This document shows, piece by piece, positions 7,246-17,002 of a stretch of DNA of 64,000 bases (its first letter is position 1; every line of letters begins with the position of its first letter). A program made the position numbers and the translations under genes. The notes beneath the pieces are model-generated. The model was given only the letters and a program-made list of their open reading frames with translations. It was not told where the DNA came from and did no database searches. Source of the DNA: Candidatus Sumerlaeaceae bacterium (GTDB lineage: Bacteria; Sumerlaeota; Sumerlaeia; Sumerlaeales; Sumerlaeaceae); contig JBPCLP010000055.1 in NCBI GenBank assembly GCA_051003195.1, forward strand, positions 1 through 64,000. Reading direction: 5' to 3'.

Positions 7246-10227
7246 CTATGGTTTTGGCGCTGGCTGTACCACGGCTCCAGCATCGAGCGAGACAGTTGTC
7301 GTTCCGGCAACCACATCGCCGTTCCATATCTCGTATTTTCCGGGTGCCAGTGCGGCCTGCAGCACTTCACCTGTCCATTGTGCTTTCACGCTGCTATGAG
7401 TTTCCAGATTCATCAGGGTCACATCTGCGCCGGGAGTAATTCCTGTGCCATCGGGCAGTGTAAGGGTGATGAGAGGTGGAGGAGTAAGGTCGAGCGTAAT
7501 TGGCGGAACCCTGCCACCACGACTTGCAGTAACAGACCTTTGTGTGGCCAACTCGCCTTTTGCAGTCCCAAGAGTCGCCCGCACTGTGTATGTGTCGGCC
7601 GGCATCTCCTTGAACCGGAACTCGCCGTTTGCGGAGCATGGTGTGGTTTGAGGTTTTACGCTGGGATCCGTTTCTGAAACCAGGTGAACCTGCGCACCCG
7701 AGGCTGCAGCTCCGTTCAGCACGACTTGCCCTGAGATCTCGAGCCGCGGATTTGCAGCGAGATCGACCCGCTTATTTTCGCCGGGGGAAAGGGTGACGTT
7801 CACGGCGGACGCCGTTACATTTTCGCCCGCGGCAAGCAGCAGATAATCTCCGGGCGGCAACCCCTCAATACGGTAGTTGCCGCCAACGGGCTGAACTTTA
7901 AATTCGGCGCCTACCCGCCCTTCCGGCAGTGCCGTGTTCCATGCGGTAACCTCGGCGGTGTTGTCATTGCCGGTGCCAACCGCGCCCGAAATGGAACCGA
8001 CTGCGCCCGCGTTCAACGTTACGTTCCGCGGGGCCGTTTCGTTCTGGCGCAACTCGAATGGCTCAGACACCGCCAGCGCATTGGTTCGACTGATCGCCAC
8101 AAACCGGTAACGTCCCGCGCCGGGCATGGCAGTTTCGATAGTCTCGCCACCATCTGCATCCGCCTGGGCGGCCGGACGCGACATCCATTGCTCCGGATAG
8201 CTGCCCACGCCCCACGGCTGTGACTGCATAAGAAACACTTTCCAGTGTGTCGCAGGGTCGGCTTCTATTTTGGCGCGCAGCAGGCCGGCCTTCTGCAGCA
8301 CAATGGCGAAGTTTTGCTGCGGCAATTCAATGGGCCCCGCACGAAACGGCAGAAAATTATAATGATCCACGAGAACCTGCGTAATCTGCGATGTTTGCAG
8401 GTCCTCAATGTGGAAAGTGCCGTCATCCGCCGTCTCGGTACGGCCACTCTTCCGGCTGGGTAATTGATAAGTAATTTCCACTGCAGGCACCGGCTGCTGT
8501 TCAGCATTCGTCACGACACCGGAGAACGAGTTGCCAGAAACAAAGTCGAACTGCAGGTCCTGCCGTGAACCGGGAAGAAGATCAATGGTCTGAAGCTGCC
8601 GTTGCGTGCCTGACTGGTTAATCGCTTCGATAGAAAACCGGCCTATCGGAAGGGTCGGAAACAGGAAACGGGCGCCGAACGGCGCCTGGGTTTCCGACAG
8701 TAGAATGGATTCTTTATGCAACGGTGAGCTTAAGACTCGGAACGTAGCGGTTTTGGTGCGGGTACTTGCACTATCGCCAGACTGCGACAACAGTGCACTG
8801 CCGCCAACCGCGGCCGCATCGCCTAAACTAAGCAAGGCCGCCGTGTCGTATGTTTTCTTCAGGCTTATGGTCGTGGCTTCGCTTGCGTACGCGCCCCCGC
8901 TTTGCGCGTACAACACGTAATCGCCCGGTTCGTATACCCCGATAACTGTCGTGCTGGTCTGGGTAACGATGCGGCGGGGCTTGCCCGACGGCGCCAGCAG
9001 ATGCAAGGAGATCGGGGCCGTCGTCCGTTCCGCATTCAATATAGTTACGTGCACGGTGCGTTGCTTTCGCACTCTTATAATAAGCCCGGTTACATCGTCA
9101 AACCCGTTAGCAGTGGGAAAATCGGTCGGCGTTTCCAACTCGGCATTCCGGAAGCCGCTGCTCTCGATCACCTGCACTTCAACGGGGCCGCCAACCAGTA
9201 GGGCCCCCAACCGAAATGTTCCATTTTGCCCGGACGTAGTAATGCTATCGCGGTATCGCAGGCCTACACCACCGACGACGGTGCTCGTCTCAGCATTCAC
9301 TGTGGTGCCGGTAATATAGTAGCCACTGGCGACCTCGAGACCGACGCTTGTCTCGTGGTCGCGCGGAAACGATAACACCATCGCACGTCCCTGCCTGCCG
9401 CTATCAGTGATTGGTTCACAGGAATACTCGCCCGGCGGAATTCCGTCGATGTGGAAATCGGAGGCATTGCCGCATCGCGCCGCCATGTCGAATCCATTCC
9501 CATTCAGACGCACAGCAGCACCGGCGTAAGTCGACTCCGGCATTCCGCGCGTATAAATGCTTCCGGATACGTTGTACCCACCACGCAAAAGCCGGAAGGA
9601 AGTTTCTCGTTCCCCTCCGCTCATTTGAACGTTATTGGCTTCATAGCCTGTCTTCCGCGCCAGAAACGTGAAATTCACACCTGAAAGAACCGCGGAGAAT
9701 TCGAACTTTCCGTCAGCGTCGCTTTCCACCCACTCGGGGATTACTCGTTGTGCCACATCGAGAGGCGTATCAAGCGAAGCGCGCAACGGTCCCAGCTTAG
9801 CGCCGGAAATTGGACGCCCCGTCTCGTCGGTCACTGTTCCGCGCAGGTGGATTCCGGGCTCGAGCGCGATCCCAACTGTACGCTGGCCCGCAGCCGCGAC
9901 GTTCACCGGGAACTTCGCCCTCCGATGCCCCTCAGCCGAGGCAATGAGCGCGAACGTGCCCGATGACGGTGCATCGAATGCAAAAGCTCCGTCCTTTTTT
10001 GTTTTTGCTGCGGAGACTGGCTTAAGATCGGTTTCGCTCCAGTAGATTTGGTGGTCCTCCACCAGTTGCACAGTTGCGCCGGCAATTGGGCGGTGTGCTT
10101 CGCCCACGACAATACCTTGCAGCTGAGCCCCGAGACTGCTGGCCGAAATAGCGAGCATTGCCAGGGTGTTTGCGAAACTGACGCGGAGCCGCGCCAGCCC
10201 AATTGAGGTCAAACATTCTAAAAACAC
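7246..10227 (-). CDS. Large exported protein with multiple carboxypeptidase-regulatory-like (Cna-B/transthyretin-like) domains
   Basis: Repeated G.V.D..G.PI.GA.V and DG.F...GLPPG.Y.L units; signal-like N-terminus. Start uncertain. Confidence 0.7.
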   Translation of the reverse strand: MFLECLTSIGLARLRVSFANTLAMLAISASSLGAQLQGIVVGEAHRPIAGATVQLVEDHQIYWSETDLKPVSAAKTKKDGAFAFDAPSSGTFALIASAEGHRRAKFPVNVAAAGQRTVGIALEPGIHLRGTVTDETGRPISGAKLGPLRASLDTPLDVAQRVIPEWVESDADGKFEFSAVLSGVNFTFLARKTGYEANNVQMSGGERETSFRLLRGGYNVSGSIYTRGMPESTYAGAAVRLNGNGFDMAARCGNASDFHIDGIPPGEYSCEPITDSGRQGRAMVLSFPRDHETSVGLEVASGYYITGTTVNAETSTVVGGVGLRYRDSITTSGQNGTFRLGALLVGGPVEVQVIESSGFRNAELETPTDFPTANGFDDVTGLIIRVRKQRTVHVTILNAERTTAPISLHLLAPSGKPRRIVTQTSTTVIGVYEPGDYVLYAQSGGAYASEATTISLKKTYDTAALLSLGDAAAVGGSALLSQSGDSASTRTKTATFRVLSSPLHKESILLSETQAPFGARFLFPTLPIGRFSIEAINQSGTQRQLQTIDLLPGSRQDLQFDFVSGNSFSGVVTNAEQQPVPAVEITYQLPSRKSGRTETADDGTFHIEDLQTSQITQVLVDHYNFLPFRAGPIELPQQNFAIVLQKAGLLRAKIEADPATHWKVFLMQSQPWGVGSYPEQWMSRPAAQADADGGETIETAMPGAGRYRFVAISRTNALAVSEPFELRQNETAPRNVTLNAGAVGSISGAVGTGNDNTAEVTAWNTALPEGRVGAEFKVQPVGGNYRIEGLPPGDYLLLAAGENVTASAVNVTLSPGENKRVDLAANPRLEISGQVVLNGAAASGAQVHLVSETDPSVKPQTTPCSANGEFRFKEMPADTYTVRATLGTAKGELATQRSVTASRGGRVPPITLDLTPPPLITLTLPDGTGITPGADVTLMNLETHSSVKAQWTGEVLQAALAPGKYEIWNGDVVAGTTTVSLDAGAVVQPAPKP

Positions 10228-10525
10228 ACTAAGTTAGTCGACCTCCGAAAGAATTGTTGCAATTATGAAACGATGATCGCCTAGCCGTATTTCAATTCCT
10301 GTGAGCATTGATGGCCGGCAGCCGTCCGCCACGTTTGCTCCTGAACCGTCGCTCCAACTATGTCCTGCATTCTCGGCAGGCTTTAATGGCTGCCAGGACG
10401 GCCACATCGCTGGCACTCGTATTAGAGAGGAGGTGTGTGTACATCACCGCGACCGCTGTGGCGGTAGTGGATCCTCAGTACGGCTCTAAAGCCGAAAATC
10501 TTTCATTTCAAACAGGAGCATCTTA

Positions 10526-11557
10526 ATGCTTTCGAAAATGTTACGCATTGCAGTACCTGTTCTCGTTTTATCAGTGTCCAACACCTCTTGGGCAGCAAAG
10601 ATCTGTATCGATCCTGGCCATGGGGGCTCCGATCCAGGAGCAGTGGGAAGCGGCCAACAGGAAAAAATCAACGTGCTGGACAGCGGGCTTCGCTTTCGAA
10701 CCTGGCTCAATAGCGATACAAATGACGGCGGCGGCGGTGGCTCGTGGAGTGTCATCATGACGCGCACAACCGACGTATACGTTGGACTATCCACCCGGTC
10801 GAGTTTCGCAAACAATAACGCTGCGGATCGTTTTATGTCCATCCACAACAACGCGTGCTGCGGCGCATCCGGCACTGAGACCTTTGCCTACACGTCCGCC
10901 AGCGCCAACAGTTATGACCTTCGGAACAAAGTTCAGCAGCGCAGCATTGAAGCCTGGGGGCTGACGAACCGTGGCAACAAAACGGCGAACTTTGCAGTGC
11001 TGCGCGAAACTAACATGCCCGCAGAACTCGCCGAGCTGGGATTCATCGACCATCCTTATGACTCGCAGTTTACTGGCAGTGCGACTCAGCGTGACAAGAT
11101 GTCGAAGTACCACATGTTCGCACTCCAGAACCATTACGGAATTACCGCCTATACGCCAGGTGGTGGCGGAGCCGTAACATATACGGACGACAGCCCAGTG
11201 GATTCGGGAAGCTGGAGCATCGGGACTTCGGCCGCTGACAAATATGGCGCCGATTATAAATACCATTCCACCGCAGCGGTGAGTGATCCTGCGACGTGGA
11301 CGATCAGCGTCGCCACCGGCGGAAGTTACAACGTGTACGCATGGTGGAGCGTCGGTACCAACCGCTCTACAAGTGCTCCTTATATCCTGCCCAACGGGGG
11401 TACTTCCTACCAAAATCAGCAGGCCAATGGCGGCAGGTTTAATCTCTTAGGTACGATGAGTCTCACAGCCGGGGCTCATGATACGAAGCTGTCCATATGG
11501 ACTACGAGTGGCTACGTTGTCATTGCTGACGCCGTTCGCTATATCGGCCCAAATTAA
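10526..11557 (+). CDS. N-acetylmuramoyl-L-alanine amidase (Amidase_3) with golvesin-like C-terminal domain, copy 1
   Basis: Signal peptide; IDPGHGG.DPGA, EK, SIHNNA, MPAELAELGFID; C-domain YNVYAWWS..TNRS, ANGG, VIADAVRY. Confidence 0.9.
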   Translation: MLSKMLRIAVPVLVLSVSNTSWAAKICIDPGHGGSDPGAVGSGQQEKINVLDSGLRFRTWLNSDTNDGGGGGSWSVIMTRTTDVYVGLSTRSSFANNNAADRFMSIHNNACCGASGTETFAYTSASANSYDLRNKVQQRSIEAWGLTNRGNKTANFAVLRETNMPAELAELGFIDHPYDSQFTGSATQRDKMSKYHMFALQNHYGITAYTPGGGGAVTYTDDSPVDSGSWSIGTSAADKYGADYKYHSTAAVSDPATWTISVATGGSYNVYAWWSVGTNRSTSAPYILPNGGTSYQNQQANGGRFNLLGTMSLTAGAHDTKLSIWTTSGYVVIADAVRYIGPN

Positions 11558-11589
11558 ACATCACGTTCTAAACAATCCCCAGAATGTGG

Positions 11590-11618
11590 CCCGGGGGCGT
11601 AATGCCTCCGGGTTTTTT
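11590..11618 (+). terminator. Rho-independent terminator
   Basis: CCCGGGGGC...GCCTCCGGG followed by TTTTTT. Confidence 0.75.
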
Positions 11619-11931
11619 CATGCTCGCGCCTTCTTTCCCGCCCGCTCAGTATCCCGTGCTTAAGGGAACTATAAAAATCTGCTTGCGTTATGGGGGCATT
11701 CGGTTTCGCTTACATATGTTCTTTCAGAGTTGGTTGCGCAGTCTGCTCAGCTTCCTTTGAGCGAATACCATCGCATTAGCACGCGCTGGTTTTAGCAACG
11801 GGAACCGCCCTCCCACCTCACTTGCACTGCTCTGACTTGGTTTTGATGCACGAAGCGGTTTGGTTTTAGGCACTTGTTTTGCTCAATGTCTGCGCCCATC
11901 TCATTCGCATTTAGATGTCAGGATCGGAAGT

Positions 11932-12936
11932 ATGAATTCTCGCGTAGTTTTGGCAGTCGGCTCCAGTCTCCTCGCCGTGGCGGCAATTGTGGCGCTTGTC
12001 ATATCGCGACCAAAAGCAAATCGCCCGGTCAGTACAGCAGCCAGCATCTCCGCCGCACCAGCCCCCAATTCCGCGCAAGGTGCTGCGCCGTCCGTCACGA
12101 AAGCGACCAAGGCTCCAGACATCTATTTTCTGTCCGAGTCTTTAGCTGTTCGGGACCCGAAAAAAACCGTAACCAGGCAGATGCCTAAGGCAAACGGCAC
12201 GCGGCGCGTTATACAGGCGCGCGCCATTACGACGCCCGAAGAAGGCGATTTTATGGCGCCGCGATGGTCCCCGGACGGATTGGAGCTGCTGTTTTCCAAA
12301 GCAGGGTACAACGGGCTGTATACAAAGGGCTCACAGGGCGGGCCGCTGAATGAGATCACCGGCCAGGAGGGCGTCGGCTTCGCTGCACAATGGGAAGCGG
12401 ACGGGCAGATAAAAACGCGAAAGAACGGCAAGAAACAAAAGTTCGCGCCCGACGGAACACCGACGGATGCTGCGGAATTCGAGCATGATAGCAGTCTTAC
12501 GGGGACTTTTACAAAAGATGATACGGTGTACGTGCGCGCTAACCCCGGCGAAGCGCCTGTTCCCATCAGCCCTACCGGAGATGACAAATACTTTGGCGGC
12601 GTACTTTCCCCCGACGGAAAATACGTGGCATATAACGGACTGGTGAGCGGCCTTTACATCGCACCGCTGGATGGATCTTCTCCCCCGGTGAATCTTGGTC
12701 CAGGGGTATCGCCGTCCTTTCTTCCCGACGGCAGTGGGATTGTTTACAGCGTAACCGAGGATGACGGTCATAATCTCGTAGCCGGAGATTTGTTTCTCGC
12801 CAGCCTCGACGGAAGTGAGGTTTCCAATCTAACGCAATCTTCCGGTCAAATTGAACAACACCCCAGCATTAGTTCCGATGGCTCGCACATCGCCTATGAA
12901 TCGGGTGGTGTCATCCACGTTGGAATTTTACACTAG
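11932..12936 (+). CDS. Membrane-anchored TolB-like (PD40 beta-propeller) protein
   Basis: N-terminal TM, Ala/Pro linker, PD40-type repeats PRWSPDG, LSPDGKYVAY, PSFLPDG, PSISSDGSHIAY. Confidence 0.75.
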   Translation: MNSRVVLAVGSSLLAVAAIVALVISRPKANRPVSTAASISAAPAPNSAQGAAPSVTKATKAPDIYFLSESLAVRDPKKTVTRQMPKANGTRRVIQARAITTPEEGDFMAPRWSPDGLELLFSKAGYNGLYTKGSQGGPLNEITGQEGVGFAAQWEADGQIKTRKNGKKQKFAPDGTPTDAAEFEHDSSLTGTFTKDDTVYVRANPGEAPVPISPTGDDKYFGGVLSPDGKYVAYNGLVSGLYIAPLDGSSPPVNLGPGVSPSFLPDGSGIVYSVTEDDGHNLVAGDLFLASLDGSEVSNLTQSSGQIEQHPSISSDGSHIAYESGGVIHVGILH

Positions 12937-13089
12937 AGAAGAACGGAAAGGAGCTTTCAGAAGTCGCCCGTACCAGGGGCACGTTTACGAACTCAACACT
13001 CCAGGCCTTTGGACCTGGAAAACCCTCAGCCAGGTCTTTGATCCGGCATATCGCCTTCATCACAACTATCATTCATATGAGGAGATGTT

Positions 13090-14115
13090 ATGTTACAGGG
13101 TTTCTCTCGCATACTAGCGGCCGCAGCCATATGCTCTTGCGCGCCTTTTTCGTTCGCAGCAAAAATCTGTATAGATCCGGGCCATGGCGGTTCCGATCCC
13201 GGGGCCGTTGGCAGCGGTCAGCAGGAAAAGATCAATGTGCTGGATAGCGGATTACGCTCCCGCAACTGGCTTAATTCGGATACGAGCGACGGAGGCGGCG
13301 GTGGATCGTGGAGCGTCATCATGACGCGCACCACCGACGTATATGTAGGATTGTCGGCGCGTGCCGACTACGCCAACGCCAACGCGGCCGATCGTTTTAT
13401 GTCCATTCATAATAATGCCTGTTGCGGCGCATCCGGCACTGAGACGTTTGCGTATACGTACGGCAGCTCCAGCAGCTTCGACCTGCGTAACAAGGTGCAG
13501 CAACGGAGTGTTGAAGCGTGGGGGTTGACCAACCGCGGCAATAAAACAGCTAACTTTGCAGTGCTGCGCGAAACTAACATGCCCGCGGAACTCGCCGAGC
13601 TGGGATTCATCGACAATGCTTATGACTCGCAGTTTACCGGCAGTGCGACGCAGCGGGACAAGATGGCAAAGTACCACTTGTACGCTGTTCAAAACCACTA
13701 TGGCATCACGGCCTATACACCGGGAGCTGCCGCCACGTACACGCACGATGCACCGTCGTGCTCCGCTAACTGGTCCACCGGCACTTCTGCTGCGGACAAA
13801 TATGGCGCCGACTATCGTTTCCGCGGCACGGCGGCGGTTAGCGACCCGGCATCCTGGACAATCAATGTGGCGGCCGGCGGAAGTTATAACATTTACGGCT
13901 GGTGGTCAGTGGGAACCAATCGTTCCCCAACTGCTCCGTATATCCTGCCTGGTGGCGCAACATCCAGCCAGAACCAGCAGGCCAATGGCGGCAAGTTCAA
14001 CTTCCTTGGCAGTGCTTCGCTGGTGGCGGGCAACAACACGACTCAACTCTCCTGCTGGACAGGGGCGGGTTATGTCGTGATTGCAGACGCGGTGCGTTAC
14101 ATCGGTCCGAACTGA
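13090..14115 (+). CDS. N-acetylmuramoyl-L-alanine amidase with golvesin-like domain, copy 2
   Basis: Close paralog of 10526..11557 with the same catalytic motifs; GAGGAG RBS. Confidence 0.9.
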   Translation: MLQGFSRILAAAAICSCAPFSFAAKICIDPGHGGSDPGAVGSGQQEKINVLDSGLRSRNWLNSDTSDGGGGGSWSVIMTRTTDVYVGLSARADYANANAADRFMSIHNNACCGASGTETFAYTYGSSSSFDLRNKVQQRSVEAWGLTNRGNKTANFAVLRETNMPAELAELGFIDNAYDSQFTGSATQRDKMAKYHLYAVQNHYGITAYTPGAAATYTHDAPSCSANWSTGTSAADKYGADYRFRGTAAVSDPASWTINVAAGGSYNIYGWWSVGTNRSPTAPYILPGGATSSQNQQANGGKFNFLGSASLVAGNNTTQLSCWTGAGYVVIADAVRYIGPN

Positions 14116-14130
14116 TCCACTTGGAAACAG

Positions 14131-14161
14131 GCCCCGGGAGCGAATCGCTCCCGGGGTTTTT
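14131..14161 (+). terminator. Rho-independent terminator
   Basis: CCCCGGGAGCGA-a-TCGCTCCCGGGG followed by TTTTT. Confidence 0.85.
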
Positions 14162-14266
14162 GTTTGGCTGTAAGGCCTGAGGAAGCTTGCTTCAAGCTCC
14201 TCCGCGCCTTTTCTACTCGCCGTGCTGTCTGGATTATTCATCTCAAGCTCGAGGTTCTGTGGGTAT

Positions 14267-16759
14267 ATGCGTTTTTGCGTACTTACTATTTACTGCGCGT
14301 TCTTTTGGATGATTGCGATTAGCACTTCCGTTGGGGCGCAGAGTTCGTCACCGGGCAATGCGCAAACAACGCGTACATTGTTAACGCGTGCGATGAAGCT
14401 GACGGTAGAAAAGAAAATGCCTGAAGCCGAAGCGGCATACCGCGAGTTGATCCAGCTTTCGCCCGTCGACGGGTACCCATCATATGTTCGCTTTCTTTCA
14501 CGAACCGGTCGAACGACCGAAGCGCTGGCACTGCTCCAATCCGACCCGACTCTGCTTTCTCAATCCTCGCTGGTCCGGGCGCGCACTGCAGTCGCGGCGG
14601 GAGCATCTTCCACGGCCATCGAACTTCTCAACCGTGCACCGGTCGCGGCGGAGGATGAGTTTGCACGCGCCACCCTGCTGGCGAATCAACTGCATCTGGC
14701 TGGCAGACGGTCTGATGCCGCGCGGGTGTTGCAGTCCGCAGCCGTGTCAGCCGGTCTTAGCGCTTCGCAGCGACAGGACTTGTTTACCAGGGTAATTGCG
14801 ACGGGAGAAGCCGGCCTGCTTACCCATGCGCTGCCCGTAATGATCGAACCGCTTGTGATGTCTTCTTCCATGGACTACGAGGACTTGCGCAGTATTGTCG
14901 TAGAAGCGATGTCGGCCCTGGCAAACTCGCCGGAATATGGAACTTTTCATCACCTGCTGGAGGATCAGAGAAACACGTCTGCAACCGCGGGGTGGCTGTT
15001 CGCGCTTTCGTGCATTCGAAGGGGGGATGTGGCCGGTGCGACTTTAGCCCTCGACGAATGGACGACACGGAGTACGACAGCGCCGGAGAAGCTGATCTGC
15101 ATAGAGGAACTCGCGCGGATCCAGAGCAATGACGTGGATCGGGCCATCAAGCTTTATGGCGAGGCACTGAAACTCGCTCCCGACTCGGATCGACTGAGGT
15201 TCGTGCTCGGGCAGATGCTTTACCGAAAACGTGCATTTGATGAGTGCACGTCGACTCTGCTCAGCTTGAGATTTGAGAAACTTGATGAGACAGCACGGGG
15301 TGTTTTCACCAATTTGCTATTGTCCTCGGTAGCAGCGTCCCGGCCCCTGCCGGAGCTGATCAAGACATTTGAGAAGTATTGCACCGGACTCAGTTGGGAG
15401 CGTCTGCGGCAAGTGGCAGAGGCTCCGTTCGTCACGCTGCTAAACACAAAATTTGTAGATTTGCGCGCTCTGCTGCAGGCGCGTGTGGCCGAGCCTGGCG
15501 CGCCGCCAGAACTGCATGTATTGCGTATGAGCCTTGAAAATCGACTTGGCGATTCTAATGCAATTGTCGAGGCGCTTGGAGCTTATCTTGCGGCACGGCC
15601 TACCATTGCGGACGCCGTGCAGGAATACGCCGATGCCATGGGACAGATCGCGTACCAGGTCGCTACTGGCGATCCGAATACCAGCCCTTCCACGGAGCGA
15701 CAGAAACAGGTAGCCGACGCAGCCGCAAAGGCACTGTGGAACGTAATCAGAATTCGTCCATATGCTCCCGAACCATATGGAAAGCTGATGGAGATTTATC
15801 GGTTGTTCGGAGATGCCGAAAAGGCGAGGCTGGTGCCTCTTGCGTTGTGCGACTCGACAACTGCAACAGCGGATGACGTTCACCTTGCAGCATATGTATA
15901 TGCAACGAACGGCTATCCAGTCGACGCCCTCCCTCTATACGAGCGAGCCATTAAACTTGCGCCCGAAAAAACACGCTTCCGGCTGAACTATGCAGGGGCC
16001 CTCAGCAGAGTCGGCCGGTACAGCGATGCAGAAGCAATTTACCAGGATGTGATTTCCCATGGCGTTAATGGACTCCAGTTTCACCCCCATGATTTGCTGG
16101 TGAACTCGATCCGTCTCGCCGATGAACACGGACAGACTTCCGCGCACCTGACTTTTTTAAAATCTCTACTGACCGATAAGTCCGTGCCGCAACACGACCT
16201 GTACCTGCTGGAAGCGGCAAAGGCGTGCGTAGGCACAGGGCATCCGGATGAAGCCATGGCATTTATAGAGGCGCTCAAAACGCAATATCCCCAGCACACC
16301 GACACTGCCGAAGACATCCTGGTGCAGGCGCGCGTCGCCAAACGCGATTTTAAAGGTGCCGAGCAGCTGCTCGCGCAGGAAGAACAGGAAACGACTGACA
16401 CTGCAGGGAAGGTGCTGGTGAGATCAAATCTGGCGGAAGTTAAACGTGCGCAGGGACAAATGGATGCAGCGGTCGAGATCTGGACAAAGCTTGCCGCTGA
16501 GTTTCCAAACGATCGCCAGGCGACGCGTAAGTTTGTAACGGCTGCGCAGGTGTTGATGGAGAGCGGCAAGCTTGAACGAGCAGAGCAGCTGCTCAAGCAG
16601 TACTTGTCGCTGGATATCGGCGACCCTGATGGTGAGCTGCTGGCGCGCGAAGTACTCGGGCGTCTTCAAAAGCTGGACGTCCCAACCGAGAGCATCGTTC
16701 AATCGGCTATGGAGTCGATGTCCACTACAAGTACCGCTCCGGTCGGTGCGATACCGTAA
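14267..16759 (+). CDS. Exported tetratricopeptide-repeat protein
   Basis: Signal peptide; all-alpha TPR-like repeats (A..LYERAIKLAP, LNYAGAL..VGRY.DA). Confidence 0.7.
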   Translation: MRFCVLTIYCAFFWMIAISTSVGAQSSSPGNAQTTRTLLTRAMKLTVEKKMPEAEAAYRELIQLSPVDGYPSYVRFLSRTGRTTEALALLQSDPTLLSQSSLVRARTAVAAGASSTAIELLNRAPVAAEDEFARATLLANQLHLAGRRSDAARVLQSAAVSAGLSASQRQDLFTRVIATGEAGLLTHALPVMIEPLVMSSSMDYEDLRSIVVEAMSALANSPEYGTFHHLLEDQRNTSATAGWLFALSCIRRGDVAGATLALDEWTTRSTTAPEKLICIEELARIQSNDVDRAIKLYGEALKLAPDSDRLRFVLGQMLYRKRAFDECTSTLLSLRFEKLDETARGVFTNLLLSSVAASRPLPELIKTFEKYCTGLSWERLRQVAEAPFVTLLNTKFVDLRALLQARVAEPGAPPELHVLRMSLENRLGDSNAIVEALGAYLAARPTIADAVQEYADAMGQIAYQVATGDPNTSPSTERQKQVADAAAKALWNVIRIRPYAPEPYGKLMEIYRLFGDAEKARLVPLALCDSTTATADDVHLAAYVYATNGYPVDALPLYERAIKLAPEKTRFRLNYAGALSRVGRYSDAEAIYQDVISHGVNGLQFHPHDLLVNSIRLADEHGQTSAHLTFLKSLLTDKSVPQHDLYLLEAAKACVGTGHPDEAMAFIEALKTQYPQHTDTAEDILVQARVAKRDFKGAEQLLAQEEQETTDTAGKVLVRSNLAEVKRAQGQMDAAVEIWTKLAAEFPNDRQATRKFVTAAQVLMESGKLERAEQLLKQYLSLDIGDPDGELLAREVLGRLQKLDVPTESIVQSAMESMSTTSTAPVGAIP

Positions 16760-17002
16760 ATTTGGACTCCCGCTCGTTGCACTGCATTTCGCAACACGCC
16801 ATCGGAGAGTCATGATCTTACTCGTTCGCTGGTGACGGAGCTCGGTTCGCTCTTCGCCGGCATGATCTTTAGCCCTTTGAGCAGCGGCATGATACTGAGA
16901 ACCTGGACTACGATAGAAAACGCGACCGCGGCAAAACTTATTAATCCGCAAACCAGTATTTCATCCATTGAATTCGCCTGTTTTGCCCACCTGCATGCAC
17001 TT

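Noticed and set aside
10221..10235. CACACTAA resembling the element's right end
   Set aside because: No matching left end, internal arm or core nearby.
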